Assembly (NCBI GenBank): GCA_024137785.1
Contig: JAHRHZ010000251.1
Coordinates: 4,071,395-4,135,394, forward strand
Length of the DNA stretch: 64,000 bases
Origin: Ginglymostoma cirratum
Lineage: Eukaryota
Reading direction: 5' to 3'
A program made the translations under genes and the position numbers. The notes beneath the pieces are model-generated. The model saw nothing but the letters and a program-made list of their open reading frames with translations. It did not search any database and had not been told where the DNA came from. This document shows positions 60,976 through 64,000 of this stretch, piece by piece (within the stretch, counting starts at the first letter, position 1; the number at the start of each line of letters is the position of its first letter).

Positions 60976-63729
60976 TGAATCTGAGGCTGCTTTGTTTACG
61001 CTGGGCAGTCCCAGAGTTTGTCATATAATAAATCTGTGACAAATCTGGCCCCATGATGGACAATTGCTACACAGTCATCTGTGAAAACTGCAAGCAGGAA
61101 GGCTATCAGACAAAAGATTGCAAGCAGACTAAGGGCTGCAGTCTTGTGGTTGGGAGACCACGTCCACAGGACCTGCCCAACTGCTCCATAACAAAGAGAG
61201 CATGTGGACAAAAAGACAATAACTGTTATCATAAAGGAAATTTGCAATTGTTGACCTGTCAAGCCCTCCAGGTTTGAAAAGACGGAGAAAAAGGATGTGG
61301 CAGTAAACTGGCAAATGATAATACAGTCCTCTGAGCCTCCACTCAAATCAATGGAGGAGAAGCTAGCAGAGGGAGAGCTGGGTTGGTGGCTGCTGATCAA
61401 GCAAATCAGAAAAAAGAAAGAGACAAGAGGATTATTGACTGGAGAGATCCCTTTTCTGACATGGAAAACAGGGGCTGTGACCCTTGTGAAAAGGAAGGAC
61501 AAGGAGGTCAAGTGCAGCAGAAGCAGCAAAATGATGAGGAGCTGGAGGAAAGGAAATCTTAACTCCGAAATAGTGAAAACAGTGAAGAAGTCAGAGGAGC
61601 AAAACTTAAAGTGAAATACCTTGCATGGACCAGCTCTGTGAAACCAGAACTAGCAATGCCCTCAAGATGAACAGATTGGAATGATTCAACAAAGTCAACT
61701 CAAACCTTACTGAATACATGCTGCCACTCCACCAACACCTCCCCTCTCTCCCTCTCCATATTACTGTGCTGGACAATGCTAGCAAGAGAGGCTTTCCCAG
61801 TCCAACAACAGTTAGACTATTTGTGAAGATTGCACTTACAGAAAATCAGAGCCAGACATTGCAATATCAAAGACCATAGATCTTGTAGGTGAAAGCAGAT
61901 TTAAAGTGCGGGCATGCTATTCACTCCTTTAATATTGGCACAGAGGTACAAAAGACTAAACCTTCACCTCTTACTTATTGATTTCATTGTCAAGAAGGTG
62001 ATGCTGGGCACAGAGTTTGACATCCTGCGGCCGCATCATGATTTGAAAGACCCGGACTTCAGAGACGTGATTACCTTGTTGACTGAAGAATCATGCACAA
62101 CAATCAAAGACCTATGTACCAGTCTTGCCAAGGTTCAAGACAGTGATGACTTGATGAATACAAGGCACACCCAGTAACAGAACATTGAGGATGTTAATTA
62201 CTTTCCAACCTAGGGGAAAGCATCTCCAGTAGAAGTGAGGTTTTGATTGGTGTCCATACAAGAATAGGCAAAACAGCATTGCATTTCCAGCCATCCACGT
62301 GATCTGATCATCCAACAGCATCAATACAACCATGAAATTGCAACTCTATTCCACTGCTGTATCCCTAGTGGAAAAGTTCAAGCAGAAGAACACCTCCGAT
62401 CATATATCATCAGGCACTCAGTAATTTCCTTGAAGCAGAAAAAGGAGATGATGGTTCTTGGCGGATGGTTCCATGAGGGATAGTCAAAGCCATTTGGCAG
62501 AGTGCTTTCAAACAGCTATCAAGATATAGCTTGGTTGGTAGTGGTGAGAAGGGCCCTCCACATCAGATCCTTCCTGCATGTTCAAAATCTTATCCATCCA
62601 CATGATGCCCTTGAGAAGCTGTGATGGGGAAGAGAGTAGCCCACCTCTTTCTGGAATGTGGCTTTACAAAGAAGAAAAATGCAATGCTGTTGAAGTTGAC
62701 TTAAGTGGCTTTGCGATACATGAGTTTGTGCTCTACAGGTTGTTCTTAGGATGCACACTGTGATAGATATCAATTAGAAGACAATCAATTCAATGAAAGA
62801 TACGATTTGATCTGCCTGAAACCTCCACTGCAAAGTGTTGTTTGCGACTGAATGATGCAGACTGGCATATTTCAAGGTCCAGAAGAACATGCCAAGGCAT
62901 AGACTAAATCACAGAGTGGCCATCATAATAGAATCATGGGCAAAAGCTGCCATCTAAGGCCTTTAAGCCAGAGTACACTGAGGGGCTGAAAACTGGGTAA
63001 AATGGGGTAGAATAGTTGAAATGTAATAAATATCGTAAACGTTAACTGTAAATATGGTAGCATACAGATTAGATTCAATTTGTATCCTATGTCAATTTTG
63101 AATAATCATGAGATGAATTTTTATAAATTTTATAAATAAAGATTGTCTTTGGTTCTATTGCATCAACATGGTTTTTATATCCACTCTCATGTCCTCTGAG
63201 ATGTTTGCCCACTTTGAACACATCCTACTTGTCATATTATTCATAAAAAGCTAGGAACTAATTATTATATGGCTATATATCCTGGGGTGGCACATTCACT
63301 ATTACAATGCATGTACCACATGGAGACCACAAAGAAATACACTTGTGCAATGTTAACATTTTGAATCCAAAGGGTAGTATTTCTAAGTTATAGGAACCGA
63401 AGGCTTAACACAATTTCAACCTAGTTTCTGCTCCAGATATCTTCTGATTCTATCTCTCTAGCCATTTATAACCGATGTGCAGATTTTACACGTTGATTTT
63501 AGATTGTAAAGGAGTCTCATACAGCATTTTGTTTAAGGCCTTTGGAAACCAGCTCATGACACTTCCCTCCCCTTCTCTTCTCTCCACATGCTTTCCCCAC
63601 CCAACTGAGAACAGGCTATTACAGTTAATTATTATAGGATAAATAAATATGTATATTACATATATATATATAAAATATATAACTGAACCATATTCACTAC
63701 AAAGAACAAATTGCCAAAACGAAAGCATT

Positions 63730-63997
63730 TATCATTTAGCTATTTTGGATATGACCATAAGAGACATACAAGGCTGTTGAGGTGCGATCTATGCTTTATG
63801 AAACCATACTGCCTGTCATTTATTTTGCTACTTTCACTCACATACTCTTCCAATTTATTTTTGAATACTGGTCTCATAAGCCTTACAATTATAAAGATCA
63901 GACTAATGGCTATCTTGCTGTCAAATATGGCTTTTAACATGCTTCCTGAATATGGAAACTGTTTGTATGTATTTCTAGTGTATAATCCAGGTCTCAT
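63730..63997 (-). mobile_element. CR1 RT fragment
   Basis: KINDRQYGFIKHRSHLNSL resembles the CR1 QHGF...RSCLTNL motif. Confidence 0.6.
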
Positions 63998-64000
63998 TGA

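Larger units (their letters stand above)
60620..63140 (+). mobile_element. Decayed, internally deleted Tx1/L1-clade LINE
   Basis: ORF1-like KNHFGIWSRIQQVKVTL and zinc-knuckle remnant CENCKQEGYQTKDC; ORF2 C-terminal-like WLVVVRRALHIRSFLH; AT-rich tail with AATAAA near 63135. Confidence 0.6.

Noticed and set aside
57000-64000. FABP6 or another neighbouring gene expected from synteny
   Set aside because: No recognisable exons; the region is repeat-derived or featureless.
1-64000. CRISPR arrays, operons or other prokaryotic systems
   Set aside because: The window is intron-containing vertebrate DNA; the recurring sequences are dispersed retroelements, not regularly spaced repeats.

Overview
Vertebrate genomic DNA, AT-rich and repeat-dense, almost certainly from a shark or other elasmobranch (inferred from about ten HE1-type V-SINE copies and their partner CR1 LINE fragments). 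Two convergent host genes are present. TTC1 (+) contributes its last two coding exons (16097-16151, 25155-25291). PWWP2A (-) is complete: exon 1 CDS 56280-56455 in a CpG-island promoter and exon 2 CDS 49325-50984, about 611 aa with a C-terminal PWWP domain. The sequence also supports a PWWP-less short isoform: an internal donor at 50023 joins in frame to a distal terminal exon at 42740 (ending ...SRSAARRH*, about 383 aa). A second donor lies 14 nt after the long-isoform stop. The rest is decayed retroelements (CR1, Rex1/Babar, L2, Tx1/L1-like, several tRNA-SINE families), DNA-transposon relics and a large set of Penelope-like (GIY-YIG) insertions. Many of the Penelope-like copies are fold-back hairpins with 11-15 bp target-site duplications, and several carry a minimal hammerhead-ribozyme core (best copy 60851-60878). 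Almost all short ORFs in the supplied track are repeat-derived. Repeat family names come from motif recognition, not database searches, and repeat boundaries are approximate.
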